Shown: positions 53,136-61,493, counted from the stretch's first letter. The stretch: 64,000 nucleotides of DNA from an uncultured Erysipelotrichaceae bacterium (GCA_947166565.1 CAMVEL010000007.1:7323-71322); one strand, 5' to 3'. The notes: generated by a model from the sequence alone, not told the origin. Program-made: numbers and translations.

Positions 53136-53360
53136 ATGGCTTTTAAGAAAATGCGTTCTCGCAAGAAGCAGTGCTATTTCAAAAAGAACCACATCAAGTT
53201 CATCGATTATAAGGATGTCGAAACCCTCAAGAAATTCGTTTCTTCCGATGGCAAGATTACCCCTCGTTCCATCACCGGCACGAGCGCCAAATATCAGCGT
53301 GAACTTGCGGTTGCGATCAAGAACGCCCGTTATATGGGTCTTCTCCCAGTCGTTAAGTAA
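53136..53360 (+). CDS. rpsR: 30S ribosomal protein S18
   Basis: 74 aa with S18 motifs ([36 protein letters not shown]). Confidence 0.9.
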   Translation: MAFKKMRSRKKQCYFKKNHIKFIDYKDVETLKKFVSSDGKITPRSITGTSAKYQRELAVAIKNARYMGLLPVVK

Positions 53361-53422
53361 ACTAGCCTGCTTGTCGCAGGACGAACCCGATTCCCCGATT
53401 TAGGACAAAACGGATTCACCTC

Positions 53423-53470
53423 GACGACGAAGCAACAAACCATCAAGACCGTCCCACGTGGGCGGTTTTC
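53423..53470. repeat. Copy A of a palindromic terminator-like repeat element (cgacgacgaagcaacaaacc-atcaag-ACCGTCCCACGTGGGCGGT-tttc)
   Basis: Near-identical copies occur at 54836-54881 and 55177-55224, with a diverged copy at 57905-57992. The core CCCACGTGGG is a perfect palindrome with a G-U-tolerant extension, and it is followed by a T-run. Confidence 0.8.
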
Positions 53471-53622
53471 TTATGTTTCTCCTCTTGCTAGTAGTATAAT
53501 TGGCTTGGGAATGATGTCTCCCATCTAGAAATAGAGAACCGCAATGAAGTGCTGATGACGTCTATGACTTGTTTTGTCATAGAAATCAGCGCTTTTGTTT
53601 CTATGGCAGATGGGAGGTATCG
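53471..53622 (+). promoter_or_regulatory. Promoter and structured ~115-nt leader of the antiporter gene (candidate riboswitch or translational attenuator)
   Basis: -10 TATAAT at 53495-53500, with -35 TTATGT 18 nt upstream. The leader has a CTCCCATCT anti-SD (53519-53527) exactly complementary to the AGATGGGAG SD region (53608-53616). Two mutually exclusive hairpins share the arm gtcatagaaa: tctatgac/gtcataga at 53561-53583, and gtcatagaaa/tttctatggc at 53576-53607. Confidence 0.45.
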
Positions 53623-54813
53623 ATGAATATATTTCTGTCTTTGTTTATTATTTTTGGTGGTGGGATCCTCGGTGGGTTTTTATTTGAGAAGATCAAACTC
53701 CCCAAACTGGTGTGGTATATCATTCTCGGGATTCTTATTGGACCATCTTTGTTCAATATCGTTGATGATACGTTGCTGTCGGTTTCGTCTCATCTAAGGC
53801 AAATCGCTTTGGTCATCATATTGACCAGGTCAGGCCTATCTTTGAACATTAAGAACCTAAAGAAAATAGGGCGACCTGCGATATTGATGTGCTTTTTACC
53901 CGCTTGTTTTGAAATTGCGGGCATCACGATATTTGGCCCAATGCTCCTCGGGATATCCTATTTCGAAGCCTTGCTTCTTGGCTCGGTCTTGGCGGCCGTT
54001 TCGCCGGCGGTAGTGGTTCCGAGAATGATTCGCCTAATGGAAGAAGGATATGGAAAAGAACACTGCGTGCCCGAACTTGTGATGGCGGGGGCATCTTGTG
54101 ACGACATCTTTGTAATCGTACTTTTCTATTCGTTCAAGAATCTGATCGCAACGTCCACCTTTGACGCTTGGAGCGTCGGGCAAATCCCCATTTCGATCGT
54201 CTCCGGTGTCATTTTGGGCATCGGAGTAGGCTTCTTGATGGTTTTAGCCATTCGATACATGAAACTAAATAGAATCGTCCATGTCATTTTGATGCTCGGT
54301 CTCTCCTTTGGGATGCTCGCCCTCGAGAATGCCTTGAAACCGTATTTCAGCGTTTCGTCTCTATTAGCCATCATCGTCATGGCATTTGTGGTGGGCGTCT
54401 TTAAAAAAGAGGAAGCGAAGGAGATGCAGAAATCCTATAACGGCTTATGGCAAGGTTTTGAAATCCTATTGTTCGCTCTCGTTGGCATTGCGGTCGATGT
54501 TCGTTACGCTTTTTCAAAAGAAGGGGCAGTCATCGTTGGGCTGGTTTTCATTGCGTTGGTATTTAGAAGTTTAGGCGTGTTTTGCAGCATAATTGCAACG
54601 AAATTCGCTTGGAAAGAAAAACTATATATCGTCGTTTCTTATCTCCCTAAGGCGACCGTTCAAGCATCGATTGGGGCGATTGCTTTGTCCGAAGGCCTTG
54701 CTTGCGGCACGTTGGTGCTGACCGCTGCGGTGGTGGCAATATTGATAACCGCTCCATTGGGTGCGATATTGATGGATAACCTGAAAAACAAATTGCTTAA
54801 GAGGGAGGCGTAG
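53623..54813 (+). CDS. Cation:proton antiporter (Na+/H+ exchanger family, CPA-type)
   Basis: About 397 aa with 11-12 TM helices. The start MNIFLSLFIIFGGGILGG is preceded by SD GGGAGG; the ORF-track start at 53569 lies inside the leader. Confidence 0.75.
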   Translation: MNIFLSLFIIFGGGILGGFLFEKIKLPKLVWYIILGILIGPSLFNIVDDTLLSVSSHLRQIALVIILTRSGLSLNIKNLKKIGRPAILMCFLPACFEIAGITIFGPMLLGISYFEALLLGSVLAAVSPAVVVPRMIRLMEEGYGKEHCVPELVMAGASCDDIFVIVLFYSFKNLIATSTFDAWSVGQIPISIVSGVILGIGVGFLMVLAIRYMKLNRIVHVILMLGLSFGMLALENALKPYFSVSSLLAIIVMAFVVGVFKKEEAKEMQKSYNGLWQGFEILLFALVGIAVDVRYAFSKEGAVIVGLVFIALVFRSLGVFCSIIATKFAWKEKLYIVVSYLPKATVQASIGAIALSEGLACGTLVLTAAVVAILITAPLGAILMDNLKNKLLKREA

Positions 54814-54835
54814 TTCCTTCGACTCTTTTATAGGC

Positions 54836-54956
54836 AAGAAGCAACAAATCAACAGGACCGTCCCACGTGGGGCGGTTTTTTCATGCTCGTCCGCCCCTCG
54901 TCCTGGAGTTTTCAGAAGCCATCGACGTCGAAGCTACTTTATATACTTGTATATAA
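54836..54956. repeat. Copy B1 of the repeat element: a hairpin plus an extended arm (tcatgctcgtccgcccctcgtcctggag ... catcgacgtcgaagctac)
   Basis: It lies directly after the antiporter stop. The extended arm aligns with the 57935-57992 portion of copy C. Confidence 0.75.
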
Positions 54957-55176
54957 CTCGTTCTGGCTAGCCCCGGTCGTCCCACGTCTCACGATCGTCC
55001 TTGTGCCGGCAAATTGTTAGGCGTCGTTGGAATCGTGTCACATGGCTCGAATATGGGCTTCGTCGGAGAGAGCGGAGTTTGTTCTTTTTCGGAGAATTGG
55101 CGTCGTCATGGGACAGCTTGTGTGTCAGGACGAGAGCAATTCTCCTCGTTCATACGAAGATCGTTCTCCCCGAAAC

Positions 55177-55224
55177 ACGAAGCAACAAACCAACAAGACC
55201 GTCCCACGTGGGCGGTTTTCTATT
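55177..55224. repeat. Copy B2 of the repeat element; it functions as a bidirectional terminator abutting the ABC-2 permease stop
   Basis: cacgaagcaacaaaccaacaag-ACCGTCCCACGTGGGCGG-ttttc. The permease TGA stop at 55225-55227 (minus strand) is immediately adjacent. Confidence 0.8.
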
Positions 55225-56016
55225 TCACGATCCCGTGGACTCGTAACGCCTGGCGCATAACGTCCAGATCAACGTGGCCAAAGCGAAGAAAGCAATCGCT
55301 GCTCCGACAATGATCAAGCTCAACAAGTAGGGGTTGTAACTCCCATAGAGCAAAGTATCGACCGGCAGGGAAATGAATAAGCCAAATGGCAAGATGAAGA
55401 TCAGGATGAAGCGGATCGCCTGGGGGTAGATGGCGATCGGGTATTTCGCGTAGATCGTGAAGTTATAGACGATTTGCAGCAGGGGTCCGCTTTTCTTGAA
55501 GATGAAGGCCAAGGAAGATAAAGCGATCTTGAAGGAAGTGATGATGATCGCCCCGAAGATCGCCCCGATGATCAAGACGAAGATCGCCCCAAAACTGACC
55601 GATGTCTGGAGGTTCAGCCCGCAGATGGTGATCATGGTGACCCCGACGATGATCTCGCCGAAACCATCGGGCTGGAACGTCTCCGCGAACATCTGGAAGA
55701 TCACGGGCACAGGACGCAGGAAGTGCCGGTCCATATCGCCCAATTGGACCCTTCGATAAGCAACCAGCCAGAATTCGTCGCTGAAGAGGTGATCCAAGGC
55801 GATCGGAAGCATCGAAAAACCATAGAAGAAACCGACTTCCGCGGGAGTATATCCCTTCAAAGAAGGGATGGCTTGGAGAATGAAGAAGATGGAACCCAAG
55901 GAGCAGGCATTGGAAATCAAAAAGGAAAGGATTGAGATGATCGAGTCCTTCTTATATTCCAAGCGGGACATCATGCTGCGCTTGATGCAGGTGAGATAAA
56001 GCTTCACGTATCGCAT
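55225..56016 (-). CDS. ABC-2 family transporter permease
   Basis: 263 aa, 6 TM helices, of the ABC-2 membrane type. It is the last gene of an ATPase-permease-permease operon. Confidence 0.7.
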   Translation of the reverse strand: MRYVKLYLTCIKRSMMSRLEYKKDSIISILSFLISNACSLGSIFFILQAIPSLKGYTPAEVGFFYGFSMLPIALDHLFSDEFWLVAYRRVQLGDMDRHFLRPVPVIFQMFAETFQPDGFGEIIVGVTMITICGLNLQTSVSFGAIFVLIIGAIFGAIIITSFKIALSSLAFIFKKSGPLLQIVYNFTIYAKYPIAIYPQAIRFILIFILPFGLFISLPVDTLLYGSYNPYLLSLIIVGAAIAFFALATLIWTLCARRYESTGS

Positions 56017-56017
56017 C

Positions 56018-56878
56018 TTATCCTCCCTGCACCGTCACGATCTTGATCGCGTGGTTGAATAGCAATTTGCCGATGAGTTCCAATAGGACCCACCATCCGA
56101 AAGAGATGAGGATCACTTTTCCGCATTCGAGGTAATCGTATTTCATCATGAGGATGAGAATCGGGTTCTGGCTCATGCCCGCGAAGGGCATGTAGCTTAC
56201 GATTTCGCGGAAGATATTGGGGAAAAACGCGATCGGAAGCAAGGTGCCGGATAAGAAGGCGATCACCGTCGTCTTGAGCGCGTTTAAACCCCAGGCCGCG
56301 GTGGTGTAGAAGCACAAGATCCCGAAGATATAGGAAATCGCCCCATTCAATAAGCAGGCGAGGACGCTGGCGACGAGGAACAATAGGAAATGGGCGATGA
56401 AATCCCAGATTGAAGCCACGGGAAGATAGCCGATCCCAATGAGTACCCCGAGGCCCGCGGCGTACAAAGGAATCCCAAAGACCAGCGACATCATGAGGAA
56501 CGCTCCAATGTTCGAGGCGATGAATTTCCCGCGGTAGGAAATCGGCTTGATGAGGAAGTTTCCAATCGTCCCTTGCCGGATATCGCGGTTGATGAACCAC
56601 ACGGTATCGTCATTGAACGTCACGAAGCCGAAGATCGTCGTCAATACCACATAAACGATCATCTCTTTGTAGGTGAAGCCGTTGATCGAAGAATCGATCC
56701 CGCCTTCGCTACTTTGATAAACGGCGAGCCAAAGGAAAATGAGACAAGCCACTTCGGCGACGGTGACGATCGCCCAGGTGATGATGTTGAAGCGGTAGGC
56801 CATCACATCGATGGCCGACGCGCGGGCGAATGGCTTATATTTCCTCAGCCTACTCATGTTCTTCTTCCTGCTGGGCAA
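56018..56878 (-). CDS. ABC-2 family transporter permease
   Basis: 286 aa, 6 TM helices. The start is either 56878 or the MSRLRKY Met at about 56857; either way it overlaps the 3' end of the ATPase gene. Confidence 0.7.
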   Translation of the reverse strand: MPSRKKNMSRLRKYKPFARASAIDVMAYRFNIITWAIVTVAEVACLIFLWLAVYQSSEGGIDSSINGFTYKEMIVYVVLTTIFGFVTFNDDTVWFINRDIRQGTIGNFLIKPISYRGKFIASNIGAFLMMSLVFGIPLYAAGLGVLIGIGYLPVASIWDFIAHFLLFLVASVLACLLNGAISYIFGILCFYTTAAWGLNALKTTVIAFLSGTLLPIAFFPNIFREIVSYMPFAGMSQNPILILMMKYDYLECGKVILISFGWWVLLELIGKLLFNHAIKIVTVQGG

Positions 56879-57854
56879 GGATCTTCTTCACGACGTCTTC
56901 GATTGAGATGTCCGTGATTTTCATATCGATCGCGTGATATTGGGAGAAAGAGTATTGGATGATGTGCTCGAGCACGACCTTGTCCGCGTCAAATTTGAGC
57001 ATGACCTTATCTTTATGGTCTTCATCCAACTCCATCATGACGTCTTCGGAGAATGGTTTCACTTCATTCGGATCGACGCTCGGGGGGATGGTCAAGGTCA
57101 GGGTCTTGATGTTCCCGAACCGCCGCTTGATATTCCCCAACGGGCCATCATAGATGATCTTCCCTTTCTCGATCATGATGATGCGCGAGCAGAGGTTCTC
57201 AATGTCCGCCATATCATGGGTAGTGAGGACGACGGTGGTGTGGTATTTCGCGTTCAACGCGTGGATCGCCGTGCGGATCTTGTCTTTGACAAGGACATCC
57301 ATGCCGATGGTAGGTTCATCAAGGAAGAGGATCTTCGGGTTATGAAGCATCGATGCCGCCAAATCCGCGCGCATCCTTTGCCCTAAGGAAAGAGTGCGGA
57401 CCGGCTGATTCATGAATTCGTCGACGCCGAGGACGGAGGATAGGAATTGGATCCTTTCCTCATAATCGGAATCCGACACTTGATAAACCTCTTTGAGCAC
57501 TTTGAATGACTCGATCAAGGGGATGTCCCACCATAACTGGCTCTTCTGCCCGAAGACGACCCCGATGTCTTTGGCGACGATCCGGCGCTTCAGATAGGGC
57601 TCTTTGTCGTCGATCAATACCTTTCCGGAGGTGGGGGTGAGGATGCCGCACATCATCTTGATCGTGGTGGATTTCCCCGCGCCATTGGAGCCGATGTAGC
57701 CGACGATCTCGCCTTCCATGATGTCGAAAGAGACGTCATCGACGGCGCGGATCTCCGTGTATTTCCGGGAGAACAAAGTGGCAAGCATCCCAACGAGGCC
57801 TTTGCCCCTTATGGGTTTCCGAAAGATTTTGCTTAGGTTTTGGACTTGGATCAT
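56850..57854 (-). CDS. ABC transporter ATP-binding protein (ABC-2 exporter ATPase)
   Basis: Walker A GSNGAGKST, signature LSLGQRMRADLAASM and Walker B ILFLDEPTIGMD. I placed the start at the canonical MIQVQNLSKIF Met (about 57854); the ORF-track start at 58004 adds a 50-aa stop-free read-through of the leader. Confidence 0.85.
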   Translation of the reverse strand: MIQVQNLSKIFRKPIRGKGLVGMLATLFSRKYTEIRAVDDVSFDIMEGEIVGYIGSNGAGKSTTIKMMCGILTPTSGKVLIDDKEPYLKRRIVAKDIGVVFGQKSQLWWDIPLIESFKVLKEVYQVSDSDYEERIQFLSSVLGVDEFMNQPVRTLSLGQRMRADLAASMLHNPKILFLDEPTIGMDVLVKDKIRTAIHALNAKYHTTVVLTTHDMADIENLCSRIIMIEKGKIIYDGPLGNIKRRFGNIKTLTLTIPPSVDPNEVKPFSEDVMMELDEDHKDKVMLKFDADKVVLEHIIQYSFSQYHAIDMKITDISIEDVVKKILAQQEEEHE

Positions 57855-57904
57855 GTTGAGAATACCTTTGGTATCGTTCCTTATTGTACCGCAGCGGGCA
57901 AGGC

Positions 57905-57992
57905 AAAAGAAAGAAGCGTCCCTCGTGGACGGTTCTTTCGTCGTCGTGTGTCCCTCGTCCTGGAAATATTGGAAATCATCGACGACGAAGCA
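57905..57992. repeat. Copy C of the repeat element (diverged hairpin CGTCCCTCGTGGACGG plus the arm ...tccctcgtcctggaa...catcgacgacgaagcaacaaacc), inside the leader of the ABC-2 operon
   Basis: The hairpin is a variant of the A/B core. The arm is nearly identical to copy A at cgacgacgaagcaacaaacc and to copy B1 at tccctcgtcctgga. Confidence 0.7.
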
Positions 57993-58122
57993 ACAAACCG
58001 ACATTATTCAGGCGACTACTATGTTTATAAATGTAGAAAGTGTGGCGCAGCCTGGACAAAACATATTAGCTAACCATCACTTTATCGTTTGCTTAAGTTA
58101 AGTCGTCCATAGTGGCGATTCT

Positions 58123-58674
58123 TTATCTATATGATACGGAATACGCTGTTTTTTGTGTTCCGTTAAGCGGCTCGCCTTTATATGTTCCTTTAGCAGTAGC
58201 TTGAAGCAAATAATCAGTAAGGTAGCCATAGTTATTATAGGTTTGGCTTTCAATGGTTCTGATGGTTCTTTCTTCTATTGTTTCTGTATAATCAACATAA
58301 GCTTTAAATGGCTCTATAAAATATTGATATCCAAGATCCTTGCTATCTTCGCTTTCTTCTGCTTTTTTAAATTCATCTTTTATGGTTCTGTTTATTTCAT
58401 CAGTAAGATCATATTCATATTTTTCATCAGGAAGGAATTTGTTTTGTTCATCGTTCCATGAATAATTGAGCGTTGCGTTAATTGTTTGCCCCTCTCCAGA
58501 TAAGTCATCAAAATATGTAATTTTCAGTGTGGCGTGAGAATGATGATTATTCTCTATTTCTTGTATCTTTTGATAAAACTCTGAGTACTCAACCTTTTTT
58601 GGGCTATTGTTATTGTTACACGCCACTAAAGAGAGTGTTGAAATAAAACAAAATACTAAAAATCCCTTTTTCAT
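58123..58674 (-). CDS. Lipoprotein of unknown function (AT-rich gene)
   Basis: Signal peptide with lipobox MKKGFLVFCFISTLSLVAC. The mature protein is rich in Y/E/N/T. GC content is well below that of the flanking genes. Confidence 0.55.
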   Translation of the reverse strand: MKKGFLVFCFISTLSLVACNNNNSPKKVEYSEFYQKIQEIENNHHSHATLKITYFDDLSGEGQTINATLNYSWNDEQNKFLPDEKYEYDLTDEINRTIKDEFKKAEESEDSKDLGYQYFIEPFKAYVDYTETIEERTIRTIESQTYNNYGYLTDYLLQATAKGTYKGEPLNGTQKTAYSVSYR

Positions 58675-58830
58675 AAAAATACCCTCAAATCGACATAGAT
58701 ATTTTAACATGGGACACGTAGATCATCTACAAAGTGATTGCGGCAAAAAGTTCCACGAACCTAAATGATAAAAATTGTTGCTAATTTGTTGCAAACTTTG
58801 TGCTAACATACGAATAATAAAGGAATTTTT

Positions 58831-59094
58831 ATGGAAAAAGTTTATAGAGTTGTTATGGTCTATCCGGACGGTCATGTCGAAGATGTCCAGGAAGAATTCA
58901 AAGAAGGCAAGGAAGCTCTTGAGTATGGGAACAATCTTTTGGCCCAGGTCTATAACACCGAAAGCGTATCCCGTCCGTCTACCAGCGGAATCGACGATGG
59001 CTTTGGCTTCAAGGAAAAGATCGAACCGTATTTCATGATCGTTGAAGTTCGCGGAAAAAAGATCCGCATGGTTTACGATAGCCATTTCCGTTAA
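58831..59094 (+). CDS. Small hypothetical protein (87 aa), a stand-alone transcription unit
   Basis: Its own promoter is TTGCAA-17-GAATAAT at about 58790-58818, with SD AAAGGAA. A strong terminator lies at 59111-59136. Confidence 0.45.
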   Translation: MEKVYRVVMVYPDGHVEDVQEEFKEGKEALEYGNNLLAQVYNTESVSRPSTSGIDDGFGFKEKIEPYFMIVEVRGKKIRMVYDSHFR

Positions 59095-59110
59095 TCACCA
59101 AACGCTTTAT

Positions 59111-59136
59111 GACCGCCTTCCGAAGGCGGTTTTTCC
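59111..59136 (+). terminator. Intrinsic terminator after the 87-aa gene
   Basis: accgcctt-ccg-aaggcggt followed by ttttcc. Confidence 0.6.
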
Positions 59137-59185
59137 TTAAGGGGATGTTATAATTTGTTCTACTGAACAAAAAGAGGCTAGGCAT

Positions 59186-59863
59186 ATGACCGAAATCCAG
59201 GAATACCTCATTAACAACAAAGACGAGGGATATAGGGCCTTTACTTTGCCCTTAATTCCTAATGTCGAGCCATCTTCTTTTATTGGGGTGAGACTCCCCA
59301 TAATCAAGAAATACGTGAAAGAAGTGGGAGGAACCCTCAAAGAAGCCTTTTTAGATGACCTCCCACATCAATATCACGAAGAAAACATCCTTCACGCCTT
59401 TATCCTTTCTAATCTCAAAGATTATGACGAATGCATTAAGCGAATTGACGCTTTCCTTCCTTATGTTTCCAATTGGTCTGTATGCGATGCCATTTGCAAC
59501 AAACATTTGGCGAAACATAAAGATGAATTGTTGAAAGAGATTTACAAATGGCTTAAGAGCAAAGAGGTTTATCGGGTTAGGTATGCGGTTAAGTGCCTCA
59601 TGAATTATTTCCTTGGCGAGGATTTCCGCGAAGAGCATCTTTTAAAAGTCCAAGAGGTTAGGTTGAACGACTATTACGTTCAAACGATGATCGCCTGGTA
59701 TTTAGCTACCGGATTAGCGAAGAATTACGATTCTTTCATCAAGACGATTGAAGAAAAAAGATTCGACCCATGCATTCATAATAAGGCAATTCAGAAGGGC
59801 GTCGAATCCTTCCGCGTGAGCGATGAGCATAAGGCTTATTTAAAGACCTTGAAGATAAAATAG
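59186..59863 (+). CDS. DNA alkylation repair protein (AlkD/AlkC-like HEAT-repeat glycosylase family)
   Basis: 225 aa of helical-repeat protein (NWSVCDAICNKHLAKHKDELLKEIYKWL ... VRYAVKCLMNYF). An extended -10 tgttataat lies upstream at about 59146. Confidence 0.6.
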   Translation: MTEIQEYLINNKDEGYRAFTLPLIPNVEPSSFIGVRLPIIKKYVKEVGGTLKEAFLDDLPHQYHEENILHAFILSNLKDYDECIKRIDAFLPYVSNWSVCDAICNKHLAKHKDELLKEIYKWLKSKEVYRVRYAVKCLMNYFLGEDFREEHLLKVQEVRLNDYYVQTMIAWYLATGLAKNYDSFIKTIEEKRFDPCIHNKAIQKGVESFRVSDEHKAYLKTLKIK

Positions 59864-59964
59864 ATTCAACGATTAGGGACGAATGAACAAAGCTTTTGAC
59901 GGAAAAGGTGGTCTTTAGCGTACGTTTATCTATATAATTCATGCGTTGTACTTGGAGGAAACCC

Positions 59965-60930
59965 ATGAAAAAGTATTTAGGTACGATAATCACCGCGCTG
60001 GTCGTCTTGACCTTAAGCGTGCTCGGCTTCGTCTTCTGCCCCCCAAATCTCAATTCCGTTCAGGCGGAGACGCTCATGATTCTTGCAATAGTCTGCGGAG
60101 GTGCCGTGGCTTATTGCTTCATCGTTGGGGAAATCAGCCGTAACAATTCGCAAATGGATAAGCTTTGGAGCATCATGCCAATCGCTTATGCATGGATCGT
60201 CGCCGCCAAAGGAGATATGAGACCACGCCTCGTTATCTTCGCTATCATCGTTACTTTGTGGGGAATCCGTCTAACGATCAACTTTGCCCGCAAAGGCGCC
60301 TACAGCATCAAGTTCTGGGCCGGCGAAGAGGATTACCGTTGGCAGGTATTGCGTAAGAGCAAATACCTTTCCAACAAAGTCGCTTGGGCTTTTTGGGATC
60401 TATTCTTCATTTCCTTCTATCAAAACGTCTTGGTTCTTGCAATCTGCGTGCCAGCCCTCGCCGTTATGAGTTCCGATGCCCAGCTTGGGGCTTGGGACTA
60501 TGTGGCCTTCGCCGCCGCCCTTGGTTTCTTGCTTCTTGAGCTTGCCGCCGATGAGCAGCAGATGGCCTTCCATACCACCAAGAAGAAACTTCTCGCCGAA
60601 GGCAAAAAGCTTGAAGAACTCCCTGAGCCATTTAACAAAGGCTTCAATACCACGGGGTTATGGGGACACGCAAGACACCCCAACTACCTTGGTGAACAAG
60701 GCGTTTGGCTATCTTTGTATTTCATTGTCCTTGGAGCGGGAGCCGCTAACTACGGCGTCTTCAACTGGACGATGATTGGACCGCTCTTCCTAATCTTCCT
60801 TTTCCTTGGAAGTTCCGCCTTTGGCGAAAGCGTCTCCAACGCCAAATACCCCGAATTCCACATCTATATGGAACACGTTTCCAAATATGTTCCTTTATGG
60901 AAATACAATCCTGAAAAATATAAAGAATAA
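59965..60930 (+). CDS. DUF1295-family membrane protein (steroid 5-alpha-reductase / ICMT-like fold)
   Basis: It carries the motif GLWGHARHPNYLGE and is a multi-TM protein. I placed the start at MKKYLGT with SD GGAGG upstream. Confidence 0.65.
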   Translation: MKKYLGTIITALVVLTLSVLGFVFCPPNLNSVQAETLMILAIVCGGAVAYCFIVGEISRNNSQMDKLWSIMPIAYAWIVAAKGDMRPRLVIFAIIVTLWGIRLTINFARKGAYSIKFWAGEEDYRWQVLRKSKYLSNKVAWAFWDLFFISFYQNVLVLAICVPALAVMSSDAQLGAWDYVAFAAALGFLLLELAADEQQMAFHTTKKKLLAEGKKLEELPEPFNKGFNTTGLWGHARHPNYLGEQGVWLSLYFIVLGAGAANYGVFNWTMIGPLFLIFLFLGSSAFGESVSNAKYPEFHIYMEHVSKYVPLWKYNPEKYKE

Positions 60931-60953
60931 TTGACCCATCCGTCCTTGAAACC

Positions 60954-61481
60954 ATGGATTATATATTGGAAACAAAACGGCTTTTTCTTCGCGAAATGAC
61001 GGATGAAGATTTTTCCTCGCTTAAAAAGGTGATCGGCGATTCCGAGAACATGGTTTATTATGCCAAACCCTATGACGATGAAGGCGTGCAACGCTGGATC
61101 GATTGGTGTAAGGACTCCTATAAGAAAAACGGTTTTGGCCTATGGGCCGTAATCCTTAAGGAAACCGGTGAAATGATCGGCGATTGCGGAATCTCTATGC
61201 AGCCAATCAACGGTGGCTTGCTTCCTGAAATCGGATATCACCTAAGGAAGGATTATCACCGTCAAGGCATCGGTAAGGAAATGACGAAGGCCGTAAGGGA
61301 CTATTTCTTCGAACATTTCGATTTCGATGAAGTCTATTCCTATATGGAGGAAGATAACATCCCTTCATATAAAACCGCGGAAGCTAACGGCATGACTTTC
61401 CGAAGCATTTACAAAAGTGGGAATTTCGGGGCGTGCCGCGTCTATTCAATAACTAGGGACGAATGGAAAAGGATTAAATAG
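60954..61481 (+). CDS. GNAT family N-acetyltransferase (RimJ/RimL-like)
   Basis: 175 aa with acetyl-CoA binding motif A (IGYHLRKDYHRQGIGKEMTKAV). Confidence 0.8.
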   Translation: MDYILETKRLFLREMTDEDFSSLKKVIGDSENMVYYAKPYDDEGVQRWIDWCKDSYKKNGFGLWAVILKETGEMIGDCGISMQPINGGLLPEIGYHLRKDYHRQGIGKEMTKAVRDYFFEHFDFDEVYSYMEEDNIPSYKTAEANGMTFRSIYKSGNFGACRVYSITRDEWKRIK

Positions 61482-61493
61482 AACAATTAAAAT

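Noticed and set aside
55001-55313. Three overlapping ~80-100 aa ORFs in all three + frames
   Set aside because: They arise from the absence of stops in a GC-richer non-coding block. There is no SD, the translations show no domain-like features, and they overlap the repeat element and the permease gene end.
53423-57992. Possibility that the repeated palindromes form a CRISPR array
   Set aside because: There are only four copies, irregularly spaced by 1.3 kb, 0.3 kb and 2.7 kb, and the material between them is genes rather than spacers. There are no cas genes.
57855-58004. 50-aa N-terminal extension of the ABC ATPase ORF (MSVCCFVVDDFQYF...)
   Set aside because: ABC ATPases start at the MIQVQNLSKIF-type motif. 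The extension reads through the leader hairpins and has no SD. It is kept only as a possible leader peptide in the findings.
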